From positions 416,001 through 480,000 of the forward strand of contig JBOEGF010000018.1 in NCBI GenBank assembly GCA_050633305.1: a stretch of DNA of 64,000 bases, written 5' to 3'. Origin of the DNA: Nannocystales bacterium. Lineage in GTDB: Bacteria > Myxococcota_A > Polyangia > Nannocystales > Nannocystaceae. The position numbers were made by a program, and so were the translations under genes. The notes under the pieces are model-generated. The model saw nothing but the letters and a program-made list of their open reading frames with translations, was not told the origin of the DNA and searched no databases. This document shows, piece by piece, positions 1 to 9,285 of the stretch (position 1 is the stretch's first letter; every line of letters starts with the position of its first letter).

Positions 1-723
1 CCGGACCCGAGCGCTTCTACGGATCCCACGGACGGGGAGACCTCGGGGGCCGACCCGGGAACGAGCGACACCGACTCGGACACCGAGACGACCGCTGGCT
101 CATCGAGCGAGACTTCGGCAGGGGTGTCCGATGACAGCACCGGGGCGCTCGCCGAGTGCGGCAATGGGGTGATTGAGGACGATGAGGCCTGCGATGGCGA
201 CGAACTCGACGATATGACGTGTGCAGACATCGGCACGTTCGTGGGCGGAGTGCTTGCCTGCGATGTCGCTTGTGCCTTCGACACGGCGGGATGCATGGAG
301 CCGCCCAAGGCGCCGGTCGAAGTCTGCGAGACGATCAACTTGGCCATTCCCGACGCTGCGGGTACGGTGAGCTCCACCGTGACCCTTCCCGACGGGGGCA
401 CCGTGGCCGACGCTGTCGTTCGTGTCGCGTTGACCCATACCTACATCGGTGACCTGACGGTCGACGTCGCGCATGGAGGCACCACGGTCCGCGTCTTCGA
501 CCGCGAGTGCGGGACCGAGGAGGACATCGACCTGTCCTTTGACGATGCAGGCGCCGCCCTGAACTGCGCAGCATCGACCTCGGGCACGGCGACGCTTCCC
601 GCCGAGGCGCTGTCGAGCTTCGACGGCGCGGCCGCAGGCGGGGGGTGGACGTTCTCGTTTCAAGACAACGCCGCCGCTGACACAGGCGCGGTCACTGAGA
701 TCTGCGTGAGCGTGTCCTTTTAG
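1..723 (+). CDS. Partial (5' end outside window) secreted protein: Ser/Thr/Asp linker, myxobacterial Cys-rich repeat, C-terminal proprotein convertase P-domain
   Basis: Frame is open from base 1 (PDPSASTDPT...). Contains CGNGVIEDDEACDG and the P-domain signature 'AIPD...V.V.LTHTYIGDL...GGWTF..QD'. Confidence 0.8.
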   Translation, partial: PDPSASTDPTDGETSGADPGTSDTDSDTETTAGSSSETSAGVSDDSTGALAECGNGVIEDDEACDGDELDDMTCADIGTFVGGVLACDVACAFDTAGCMEPPKAPVEVCETINLAIPDAAGTVSSTVTLPDGGTVADAVVRVALTHTYIGDLTVDVAHGGTTVRVFDRECGTEEDIDLSFDDAGAALNCAASTSGTATLPAEALSSFDGAAAGGGWTFSFQDNAAADTGAVTEICVSVSF

Positions 724-865
724 GCCAACGCCGGCCACGCGAAGTCGGGAACCCGAGCGTACGCGAGGACTTCGCGCACGCAGGTGGCGACAATCGGGCA
801 GTGTCTGCTCCGCGCAGCAATCCCAAGGAGAGCGACTGCCCCTCAGCCCGCGCTTCCCACCACGT

Positions 866-1669
866 CTATCGCTGAGCCAACGATGGCAGCGCGGGGGAGT
901 CCTTGGGCTCGGATGCCGTGGGCTTTGGCTCGGGGCTTGGTGCCAAGCGGGGAAGGTGCCCGCGGTGGTCGTTCGCTTCGTCGAGCCATGGCCGCCATGC
1001 CTTGGGCGGGGTCATCGCGACGAAGCTGACTTCCCCTCGGCAGTCGGAACCCGCGTCGATGCAGTGCTCTCGCTGGACGGCGAGGGTGACGACGCCGGCC
1101 TCCCAGCTGTCGATCCAGAACGCGTCGGCCTGGATCCCCACCTGGGCGTCGGAAAAGCACTCCGTGTCCACGAGCATCCGGGACAACTCGAGGATGCCTC
1201 CGTCCCAGGCGCCGACGGCTTCGGCCGAGGGACAGTGCGGGTGTTCGGGCCAGGGGGTCTGTTGGGGTGCGCAGGTGCCTTCCATCGAACACCGGGGTTG
1301 GGAGACGAGCTGGGCCAGCACCTTGCCAGATTGCTTGGAGCCATCGAGCCAAGTCACGAGGTCGAAGGATGCCTCGTCCTCGATGCGGGTGATGATCTGC
1401 GCGGTGTGATGCTCTCCGTCGGCATTCGCGTCTCGGAACGCGATGGTGCTGAAGAAGGGACCGACGATGCTGCGCAACCATGTGTCCGGCTGAGACTCGA
1501 GTGCGAGCTCCCACGGACGCGCCTCATCAGAGCTGACCCGCACGGATTGTTCGACCCCGAAGGCGCTCCAGGCGATCGTACGAATCTGCACCGCACTGGG
1601 CGTCGGCGCCTCCGTCTGTGCGGCGGCTGAGGTGAGGGCCGTGGTACACGCGAGCAGCAGGGCGAGCAT
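866..1669 (-). CDS. Hypothetical secreted protein
   Basis: Signal-peptide-like N-terminus MLALLLACTTALTSAAA, several Cys, protein-like composition. Confidence 0.6.
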   Translation of the reverse strand: MLALLLACTTALTSAAAQTEAPTPSAVQIRTIAWSAFGVEQSVRVSSDEARPWELALESQPDTWLRSIVGPFFSTIAFRDANADGEHHTAQIITRIEDEASFDLVTWLDGSKQSGKVLAQLVSQPRCSMEGTCAPQQTPWPEHPHCPSAEAVGAWDGGILELSRMLVDTECFSDAQVGIQADAFWIDSWEAGVVTLAVQREHCIDAGSDCRGEVSFVAMTPPKAWRPWLDEANDHRGHLPRLAPSPEPKPTASEPKDSPALPSLAQR

Positions 1670-1710
1670 CGTCTTCCAGTCCTACGCCCAACCTCGCCGG
1701 GGGACCAAAT

Positions 1711-2148
1711 ATGTCGCAGCTTCGCCCACCTGAACACGCGTCTGCTGGAGCCCGAGAACTCGAGCACACTGCCGACCTTGCGCTGGAGCTCTGGGGCCCG
1801 AACGAACCCGCGATGTTGCAGGCGGGTGCGTGCGCGGTGGTCGAGTTGCTCACCGACGGTGAGACGGTCCGGCCCAAGGACACCCGCGCGGTGGAGCTCG
1901 AAGCGATGGATGCTGAGGACCGGCTGGTGCGATGGCTCAGCGAGGTTCTGTACTGGGCCTGCGTGGAGGGCTTCTTGGTCGCCAGGGCTGAGCTTCAGGT
2001 CACGTCCCAGGGGCTCGTCGGACGCGTTTTCGGACAGGAGGGCGGGGCCGACCTGCTGAAGACCGAGATCAAGGCCGTGACGTATCACGACCTGCGCGTG
2101 GTCACCGACGTGGACCGAGTCGTCGCGCGGGTTGTGTTGGACGTGTAA
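1711..2148 (+). CDS. Archease (RtcB cofactor)
   Basis: EHTAD near the N-terminus, IKAVTYHDL, and C-terminal VLDV; 145 aa. Confidence 0.92.
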   Translation: MSQLRPPEHASAGARELEHTADLALELWGPNEPAMLQAGACAVVELLTDGETVRPKDTRAVELEAMDAEDRLVRWLSEVLYWACVEGFLVARAELQVTSQGLVGRVFGQEGGADLLKTEIKAVTYHDLRVVTDVDRVVARVVLDV

Positions 2149-2215
2149 CGGGCCATCCTCCCAGGAAATTTTTCATCTCGGTTTTTGAATTCGGCGACCG
2201 TGCGGCCACTGAGAT

Positions 2216-2806
2216 GTGACCGTGACGATGACGTTGGCCATTGCGCACACCGACCAGCCGCCTCCCTTACAGGAGACGTCGCTGGAACGCGCTCGAAGCG
2301 GAGATGCTACCGCCAGAGCTGAACTCTACCGGGAGCACGCCGCGACCGTGACCCGGAGGCTCGCGCACGCATGTGGCGATGACGAGCTGGCTCGGGACAT
2401 CGCCCAGGATGCGTTCATCACGGCGTTTGCTCGTCTCGACCGTTTCGGCGAGCGAGCTTCGTTCTCGACCTGGCTGCACGGCATCGCGTTCAACCACCTT
2501 CGCGACCGGCGGAAACGAAATGCGCGGGAGCGGGCCGGCAAGGCGCAGCTCGCCTTGGCCGAAGGGGGGGCAACGGCCTCGCCAGAGCAACACGCTTCCT
2601 CCCGCCAAGTGGTCGCCAAGCTCGATGCGGTGTTGGCCACGCTGGCGCCGAAGCTGCGCGACGCGTTCGTGTTGCGGGTGGTCGAACAACTCTCGCTCGA
2701 GGAGTCCGCCGAGATTCTTGGGGCACGAATCGCGACGGTCTCGTACCGCGCACGAAAGGCCGAGGCGTTGGTGCGCGCGGCGTTTGAAGATGGAGGTGAA
2801 GGATGA
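2216..2806 (+). CDS. ECF sigma-70 family RNA polymerase sigma factor
   Basis: Region 2 'DIAQDAFITAF...F...ASFSTWLHGIAFN' and region 4 'LSLEESAEILG...TVSYR'. The start may be ATG 2228. Confidence 0.9.
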   Translation: MTVTMTLAIAHTDQPPPLQETSLERARSGDATARAELYREHAATVTRRLAHACGDDELARDIAQDAFITAFARLDRFGERASFSTWLHGIAFNHLRDRRKRNARERAGKAQLALAEGGATASPEQHASSRQVVAKLDAVLATLAPKLRDAFVLRVVEQLSLEESAEILGARIATVSYRARKAEALVRAAFEDGGEG

Positions 2807-4488
2807 GCTACGAAGACGCAGTTGAAGCCATGAGAAATCGTTCTGTCGAGCCTGCGCCGTTCGAGCGGTTGGCGGAGAAGCCAGAGTTCGTTCCCCCGCC
2901 CGTGGCGGGACGGTTTTCCATCGCCGCGATCGCGACGGCCGTCGGATCGTTCGGGTTCTTCCTTCTGTTCGTACGGCCTCTCTTCGAGGCCGGGGCGCTG
3001 TACAGCGAGGGCGTCCTGCGGTTGCAACTTGCGGCGCTCCTCCCCGCGTTTGTGTTGGGTTGGTCGTTTCCGCGGGTCTCGACCCCGCGGCTTGGCGCGC
3101 AGCTCCTGTGCCGCGCGGTGTGGTGGTCCAGCCTGGTCGTCGGACTCCTCGTCTCGATGAACTACGGGGATGTTGCCGACAAGGCGCTCGGTGCTCTGAT
3201 CGCGGTGGCCTGTGCGACCGCGTTGCGCTCGGCCGGAGAGCGTGGGCTCGACCTCCAAGAGCCGGATCACCCCTTCGCACCGGTCCGCTTCCGTGGGCAC
3301 CTGCTGCTCGCCCTCGTGATGGCGGCGGCCGATGCCCTCACGCTCGCATTCTCGGGTCTCATGCAGCTGCGCTTCGGCATGGAAGGCTGGAACCTGTCGA
3401 GCGCGTTTAGCTACGCCGGACCGACGATTTTCGCGGCTGCAGTGATGGCGATCGCGGTGTGGGGCGTCTACCGCCTGCGAACCTGGGCGCTGTTCCTCAA
3501 CCTCTTCGCGAACATCGCAATCGCCTACTTCGCGGTCGAGGGCTCGTTGGGGCTCTCGCCCACGGTCAGCATCTCGTTGGCCTCGACGGCGGCCATCCAG
3601 TGCTTCATCCCGGTGCCGATCCTTGCGGTCGCACTCGGAGACCGCAACGCTGGCCAACCTCTGCTGGCCCGAGTCCGGCACCGTGCGATGAACTACACGG
3701 TCCTCGCGCTTGCCACGCTCAGCGTCGGGGTGGTGGCGCTCCCAGGGAGCGACGGATGGGTGGATGGACCCGGCCGTGCGTTTGTGCGGGGAACGAGCCC
3801 GAGGTCTTGGGTGCAGCCAGGGGCGTTCAGCCTTCGGTTGATGGCGATGGACGGCGAACTCCAAGGCGCTCGACTCGACGGGAGGATGTTGTTCGGAGAA
3901 GATTTTTCGGGGTTCGATATGCAGGAGGCGTCGCTTCGCTCCGTCCATCTGAGGGACGTCACGCTTGCGAATGCAGACCTTCGGGGAGCCGACTTCACGC
4001 GAGCGGTGTTCGAATACACGACCTCCGACATCAAGTTTCGACTCGAAGGTGCTCTCGTTGAACGAGCGGACTTCACCGGATCTTTCGTCAGCGAGACCGT
4101 TTGGGCGGTGCTCGCACAACGAGGCTTGGAAGGCGTCCGTTGCCCTGACGGCACGATGGCGACACCTGGCGGAGGTTGTGATGGACACCTCGGGCACATC
4201 CCCCGCGGGTATCGGCGAGTGTTCACCTTCGCGACGACGAGCACCGATGGGAGCGTGGCCTGCGGTCGTGAAGGCGACCTCACCGTGATGCTCTCGGAAG
4301 GGGAGGCGCTCCTGCATCGCAACACGCGCTACGTGCAGCTTGCCGAGGGTGACTTTGTGTCGCCGCTGAGTCGGATTCACCCGCTGGAGGATGGGCGCTG
4401 GGAAATCTCGTCGGAGTTGTGCGGGGACAACATCTTGTTGCCCATCGACGAGACGGAAGAGACGGCCGCGGCCTCCCTGGCTCAGTGA
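2803..4488 (+). CDS. Polytopic membrane protein with C-terminal pentapeptide repeats; putative anti-sigma factor
   Basis: ATGA overlap with the ECF stop. About 8-9 hydrophobic segments, then A(D/N)L-type pentapeptides (LANADLRGADFTRAVF) and a CPDG cap. Confidence 0.75.
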   Translation: MSYEDAVEAMRNRSVEPAPFERLAEKPEFVPPPVAGRFSIAAIATAVGSFGFFLLFVRPLFEAGALYSEGVLRLQLAALLPAFVLGWSFPRVSTPRLGAQLLCRAVWWSSLVVGLLVSMNYGDVADKALGALIAVACATALRSAGERGLDLQEPDHPFAPVRFRGHLLLALVMAAADALTLAFSGLMQLRFGMEGWNLSSAFSYAGPTIFAAAVMAIAVWGVYRLRTWALFLNLFANIAIAYFAVEGSLGLSPTVSISLASTAAIQCFIPVPILAVALGDRNAGQPLLARVRHRAMNYTVLALATLSVGVVALPGSDGWVDGPGRAFVRGTSPRSWVQPGAFSLRLMAMDGELQGARLDGRMLFGEDFSGFDMQEASLRSVHLRDVTLANADLRGADFTRAVFEYTTSDIKFRLEGALVERADFTGSFVSETVWAVLAQRGLEGVRCPDGTMATPGGGCDGHLGHIPRGYRRVFTFATTSTDGSVACGREGDLTVMLSEGEALLHRNTRYVQLAEGDFVSPLSRIHPLEDGRWEISSELCGDNILLPIDETEETAAASLAQ

Positions 4489-5033
4489 CCCCGGCGGGTG
4501 ATCTCGTCCTTGCGGCCGACCGCCGCATCCGCCTCACGGGCTTGGCTCGTGGGGCTTTCGTCCGCGAGCAGTGCGGCAGAGAACCAGCCGGTCGTACTCG
4601 TCCCCTCGGGGTCGCGCGGCTTCGCGGGCCGGGTGTCTCCTTGGTCGTCGACCTCGGGCTGGTTGTTGCGCACGTCGTCGATGTGGCTGAACGCGAATTG
4701 AAAGCCGCCGTCGATCGACTCGATCACACTCTGGGTCATGTCGAGGAACTTCGGTGGAGGCATCTCGTCGAGTCCGGACTCCACCTGCTGCATCGCTTGG
4801 TCCAGAATTGCGTAGCGTCGTAAGATACTTCGCTTCAGCGGCGCATCCTCGGTGCCTTCGAACACCAGACTCAACGCCCGCTGCGCCCGGCGATGGCCGA
4901 CCGCGATGGCGACCACCAGGTCGTGGAGCACGTTTCGAGATGGCTGCCCCAACGCCGCGCTCAGACGCGCCGAGAGGAAGGACGCCACGGACGCTCGGTC
5001 TTCGATCAGAACTTCTGCGGGGGCCAGGGCCAC
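4482..5033 (-). CDS. Hypothetical protein
   Basis: 183-aa ORF filling the gap, divergent from rtcB, helical composition. Confidence 0.55.
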   Translation of the reverse strand: MALAPAEVLIEDRASVASFLSARLSAALGQPSRNVLHDLVVAIAVGHRRAQRALSLVFEGTEDAPLKRSILRRYAILDQAMQQVESGLDEMPPPKFLDMTQSVIESIDGGFQFAFSHIDDVRNNQPEVDDQGDTRPAKPRDPEGTSTTGWFSAALLADESPTSQAREADAAVGRKDEITRRGH

Positions 5034-5106
5034 GGGAGCAGCTACAAGGTAGCAAGAGATTCTAGAGCGCCGACCGGTCAGTCGGTGCTAGGTCTCGCCT
5101 GTTGCG

Positions 5107-6546
5107 ATGACGGCCTACTTCGAACAAGTCGACGACTACCGGTGGCGGATTCCACAGCACCGAGGGATGCGTGTGCCAGGCTTGGTCTTTTCCAGCCAGG
5201 AGATGCTGTCGAGCATCGAAGGCGACCGCAGCCCCGACCAGGTCGTGAACGTGGCACACCTACCTGGCATCGTCGGCCACAGTCTCGCGATGCCCGACAT
5301 GCACTGGGGTTATGGGTTCCCGATCGGCGGGGTGGCAGCGTTTGACCCTGACGAGGGCGTTCTGTCACCGGGCGGTGTGGGGTACGACATCAACTGTGGC
5401 GTGCGGTTGATGCGCAGTAACATCCCTCGAGACGCGATCACGGGCGTGCTGCCTGAGCTTGCTACGGCGCTTTACCGGGAAGTTCCATGCGGGGTCGGGA
5501 CCAAGAGCGAACTTCGGTTGAGCAAGCCGGAACTCGAGGCGGTGCTGCGTGAGGGCGCAGGATGGGCCGTAGAGCGCGGCTACGGGACGCGCGACGATCT
5601 TGCCGTCCTCGAGGAGGGAGGCGTGATGCCGGGCGCCGATCCCGACAAGGTCTCGCAGCGGGCCAAGGATCGAGGGCGACCACAGCTCGGCTCCTTGGGT
5701 TCGGGCAACCACTTCTGCGAGCTCGGATATGTCGCGGAGATCTTCGACCCCGCGAAGGCGCAGGCGTTCGGCCTCGAACTCGGCAAGGTCACGGTCATGA
5801 TCCATTCCGGTTCGCGGGGGCTCGGCCACCAAATCTGCGACAGCTCGTTGCATCGCATGGTCCGGGCCTCGGCGAAGTACGGCATCGAGCTTCCTGACCG
5901 CCAGCTTTGCGCTGCCCCGCTCTCCAGTCCAGAGGCGCAGGACTACTTTGGTGCGATGGGATCGGCGATCAACTTCGCGTTCGCCAATCGTCAGGTCATG
6001 GCGCAGCAGGCTCGCAAGGCCATCGCCGGGCAGCTTGGCGACACACCGCAAGGGTTGGGCCTGTCGACCGTCTACGACGTCTGCCACAACATCGCCAAGT
6101 GGGAGACCCACGAGGTCGACGGAGTACAGCGGCGGTTGTGCGTGCACCGCAAGGGCGCGACCCGGGCGTTCGGCCCCGGCCACGAAGCCGTTCCCCAGCG
6201 GTATCGCGCAGCGGGTCAACCGGTCATCGTGCCCGGTGACATGGGTCGCTACAGCTACGTGTTGGCGGGAACCGAGCGCGCCATGAAAGAGACGTTCGGC
6301 AGCAGCTGCCATGGCGCCGGCCGTCGATTGTCTCGGGTCAAGGCCAAGCGCGCCGCGCAGGGTCGCCAGCTGTTTCGCGAGCTCGAGGACAAGGGGGTCT
6401 TCGTCCGGGCGGACTCTCGGCGGACGATGGCCGAGGAGATGCCCGAGGCGTACAAAGACGTGGCCGACGTTGTCGACGTGATGCACGAAGCAGGGATCGC
6501 GACCAAGGTCGCCAAGCTCATCCCGCTTGCGGTCGTCAAAGGTTGA
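5107..6546 (+). CDS. rtcB: RNA-splicing ligase RtcB (archaeal/eukaryotic-like, archease-associated type)
   Basis: Motifs MPDMHWGYGFPIGGV, GGVGYDINCGVR, LGSLGSGNHF, HSGSRGLGH, HNIAK, HRKGAT, HGAGR, EEMPEAYK. Confidence 0.97.
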   Translation: MTAYFEQVDDYRWRIPQHRGMRVPGLVFSSQEMLSSIEGDRSPDQVVNVAHLPGIVGHSLAMPDMHWGYGFPIGGVAAFDPDEGVLSPGGVGYDINCGVRLMRSNIPRDAITGVLPELATALYREVPCGVGTKSELRLSKPELEAVLREGAGWAVERGYGTRDDLAVLEEGGVMPGADPDKVSQRAKDRGRPQLGSLGSGNHFCELGYVAEIFDPAKAQAFGLELGKVTVMIHSGSRGLGHQICDSSLHRMVRASAKYGIELPDRQLCAAPLSSPEAQDYFGAMGSAINFAFANRQVMAQQARKAIAGQLGDTPQGLGLSTVYDVCHNIAKWETHEVDGVQRRLCVHRKGATRAFGPGHEAVPQRYRAAGQPVIVPGDMGRYSYVLAGTERAMKETFGSSCHGAGRRLSRVKAKRAAQGRQLFRELEDKGVFVRADSRRTMAEEMPEAYKDVADVVDVMHEAGIATKVAKLIPLAVVKG

Positions 6547-6561
6547 ACGCGGCGACGCGCC

Positions 6562-7359
6562 TCAGCCCAAGCGGCCTGCCCAGCGCTGCGCGGCTTCGCG
6601 GGCTTTGGGTTGGCCGGTCTTCGAGAGCCGCAGCAAGCGTTGTGGTCCGAGAAGCGCCGGGCCTTCGTGGTCCAGGCGCGGAGCGAGTGCGCGGTCGAGC
6701 TCCGCATCGGACTCGAGCCATCCCGCGAGCGTGTCGGGCGGGAGCTGATAGAGCACGCGGGGGCACGCAAACCATCGCTCGCCCACGTTGCGGATCTCGG
6801 GGCGCTCGTGGTGCATCAGGAACGGAAGCAGCACCGCAATCTGCTCGGAGTCGGCCTTCTGCACCGTGGTCGCGTCGGGGTCTTGAAGCGCGCTGATGCT
6901 GATCCCCAGAACCGCGGCCAAGCCTTCGAGCACATCGTCAGGACTCAGGCCGAGTGTGCAGAGGGCGTCCCGCAAGGCATCGGTCGGGGTGCGCGAGCGA
7001 TCACCGGGCGTCTGCGGCTCGGCCAAACGACGATGCACCAAGTCGTACAGCCAATCCCAGCGTCCCCGTGTCCCCATCTCCGACCCCAAGATGGTGTACC
7101 CCATCGTCTGGAGAGTCCCCAAACGTTCGTCCAACAGGCGCTGTGCCTCTGGCTCTCGAAGCCACCGCCAGCTCAGCCCGCGGCCCGCGGACAACAGCTC
7201 CGGCGCCTCGCGCTCGTCTGCTTGACGGGCCCGCGCCTCTCGAACGTTGAACAGACCGCCGACCAGTCCGACGCGCTCCATCAAGGACAAACGCACGTAG
7301 TGTCCCTCCCGCTCGGATGGGTACAGCGTGAAGCCGCGTCGCTCGATCCAGCGGGGCAT
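6562..7359 (-). CDS. Hypothetical protein (possible WGR-like N-terminus, helical C-terminus)
   Basis: ATG at 7359 with a purine-rich upstream sequence; protein-like composition from MPRWIE. Confidence 0.6.
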   Translation of the reverse strand: MPRWIERRGFTLYPSEREGHYVRLSLMERVGLVGGLFNVREARARQADEREAPELLSAGRGLSWRWLREPEAQRLLDERLGTLQTMGYTILGSEMGTRGRWDWLYDLVHRRLAEPQTPGDRSRTPTDALRDALCTLGLSPDDVLEGLAAVLGISISALQDPDATTVQKADSEQIAVLLPFLMHHERPEIRNVGERWFACPRVLYQLPPDTLAGWLESDAELDRALAPRLDHEGPALLGPQRLLRLSKTGQPKAREAAQRWAGRLG

Positions 7360-7436
7360 TGCACCCGCTTCCTGCCAGAATCTGGGGCGTCGGCCAAGGT
7401 GTAAGGAGCGCTTTGTGGCCGGCGTTCCGGGCTGTG

Positions 7437-8288
7437 ATGGTCCACCGAAGAGCCGTATTGGTCGCCTTGGCTGCACTTCTCGGCGCCTGTGCCCCGATCT
7501 CTCGCGATTTTGCGCCTGCCTACGATGCCCCGGGCCGGACCGTCGCGACGAGCCCGGTGTCACTTTCCGTGGACTCCGTGGGAGGCGCGCCGCTGCCAAC
7601 CTACGCGCTGGGGGACGCGGTGTTCGTCGAGGGGCGCGAAGGCGAGGGCTACACGGTCCGGCTGACCAACCACACGCCGAATCGGTACGAGGCGGTGGTC
7701 ACGGTGGATGGTCGAGATGTTGTCAGCGGGGAGCTCGGTCGGCCGGCGAAGCAACGGGGCTATGTGCTCGAGCCCTACGAGACGCTGGTGATCGATGGCT
7801 ACCGCCGATCTCTCGACGAAGTTGCCGCGTTCTACTTCGCATCGAGGTACGACAGCTACACCGCGCGACGCGGCACGGCGGAGCACGCCGGGGTGATCGG
7901 CGTGGCGCTGTTCGAAGAAAAGCGGACGCGTTCCAAGCCGCAGCCGCTGACACGAAAGTTGTACGGAGCAGCACCCGAGCCCTTTCCCGCCGCCCCGTCT
8001 TCCCGAGAAGCCGCCGACGGGGCACTCGCCGATAGCGAAGAGCATCTGGGGACCGGGTACGGAGCGTCGGAGTACAGCCCGGTCCACGAGACCGACTTCA
8101 AGCGACGACGAAAGGCCCGACCGGACGCTGTGTTGACCGTGTACTACGACAGCGAGGAGGGGTTGCAGGCGCGTGGTTTGCTTCCGCGGCGTGTCGATGT
8201 GGGCGCGCCCGACGACGAGCCCGACTACGGGCGGCGTGACGCGGTCGATCCTCGGTTCGCCCCGCCCCCGTGGCAGCGCGATCGGTAG
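7437..8288 (+). CDS. Conserved hypothetical lipoprotein
   Basis: Lipobox LLGAC. Pattern 'Y.VRLTN...VVTVDG.DV..G...GYVL.PY...IDGYRRSLDEVAAF...GVIGVA.F.E' resembles a family of uncharacterised proteobacterial proteins. Confidence 0.75.
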   Translation: MVHRRAVLVALAALLGACAPISRDFAPAYDAPGRTVATSPVSLSVDSVGGAPLPTYALGDAVFVEGREGEGYTVRLTNHTPNRYEAVVTVDGRDVVSGELGRPAKQRGYVLEPYETLVIDGYRRSLDEVAAFYFASRYDSYTARRGTAEHAGVIGVALFEEKRTRSKPQPLTRKLYGAAPEPFPAAPSSREAADGALADSEEHLGTGYGASEYSPVHETDFKRRRKARPDAVLTVYYDSEEGLQARGLLPRRVDVGAPDDEPDYGRRDAVDPRFAPPPWQRDR

Positions 8289-8298
8289 CCGCTCGTGG

Positions 8299-8898
8299 TC
8301 AATGGCCCAGTGCGTCCGCCACCTTCGACTGCAGCAGCGGGACGAGCTCAGCCTCGAAGAACGGGTTCCGGCGAAGCCAGATCCCGTTGCGTGGGGAGGG
8401 GTGGGGCAGCACGAAGTACCCGTGAGCCGTGTAGTCCTGCCACGCCTCCACGGTCTTGGTGAGGGTGGCCTTGGCCGACTCCTTGAGGAACCACCGCTGC
8501 GCGTACATGCCGATCAGCAGTGTGAGCTGCAGTTTCGGCATCTGGTCGACCAAGGGCTGCATCCACTTCGGAGCACACTCGGGTCGGGGCGGAAGGTCGC
8601 CCGACTTGCCGGTCCCCGGAAAACAGAAGCCCATCGGGAGGATGGCGACCTGCGTCTCGTCATAGAACGTCTCGTCGTCGAGGCCGAGCCAGCTCCGAAG
8701 GCGTTTTCCGCTCGCGTCCGCCCACGGCACCCCGGACGCATGCACCTTGGCGCCCGGTGCCTGGCCAACCAACAACAGCTTGGCCTCGGGGTGGGCGGAG
8801 AACACAGGCCGTGGTTCATGCCCCAGCGACGGCGCACAGATCTGGCATGCCTTGGCCTGCCGCACCAGCGTACGGAGGCGGGTCGCTCGAGGGGCCAC
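8299..8898 (-). CDS. Uracil-DNA glycosylase superfamily protein
   Basis: GQAPG and HPSPRN motifs, plus C..C and CFPG. Confidence 0.88.
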   Translation of the reverse strand: MAPRATRLRTLVRQAKACQICAPSLGHEPRPVFSAHPEAKLLLVGQAPGAKVHASGVPWADASGKRLRSWLGLDDETFYDETQVAILPMGFCFPGTGKSGDLPPRPECAPKWMQPLVDQMPKLQLTLLIGMYAQRWFLKESAKATLTKTVEAWQDYTAHGYFVLPHPSPRNGIWLRRNPFFEAELVPLLQSKVADALGH

Positions 8899-8985
8899 CG
8901 CACAACTATCCCAGGCGCGGGCGGTGAGCGTACAGTCGCCCGCGGGGTGCTGACCTGGAGGACGCGCCCTGCCGGGGGCGGCGCT

Positions 8986-9285
8986 TCAGCAGCTCTCGAC
9001 TTCGGACAGCGTCCCGGCAGCCATGACGCACTTGGCGTACTCGGCGTACTTGACGCGTCCGCGGAGCTTCATCTTGTCGAGCTTGTGCGTCACGCACCGC
9101 TCCTGGAGGCCGGTCATCAAGGCGGCCTCGCTCTGTGGGTTCATCGCCGCGGCCTGTGCCTCGCGCACGGTGACCTCGACGATGTGCTCGCAGATCGTCT
9201 CGGGGCCAGGGGCGCGAACGAAGATCGCCCACAAGACCACGAGGGTCGCGACGAACAGGAAGACCGCTTGTCCGACGCGTTTCAT
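8986..9285 (-). CDS. Small membrane-anchored hypothetical protein with 4 Cys
   Basis: N-terminal TM segment; ATGA overlap with the upstream sspB stop. Confidence 0.7.
   Translation of the reverse strand: MKRVGQAVFLFVATLVVLWAIFVRAPGPETICEHIVEVTVREAQAAAMNPQSEAALMTGLQERCVTHKLDKMKLRGRVKYAEYAKCVMAAGTLSEVESC

Noticed and set aside
3840..4140. Qnr-type quinolone resistance gene
   Set aside because: The pentapeptide region is short and fused to a polytopic membrane protein, unlike soluble Qnr.
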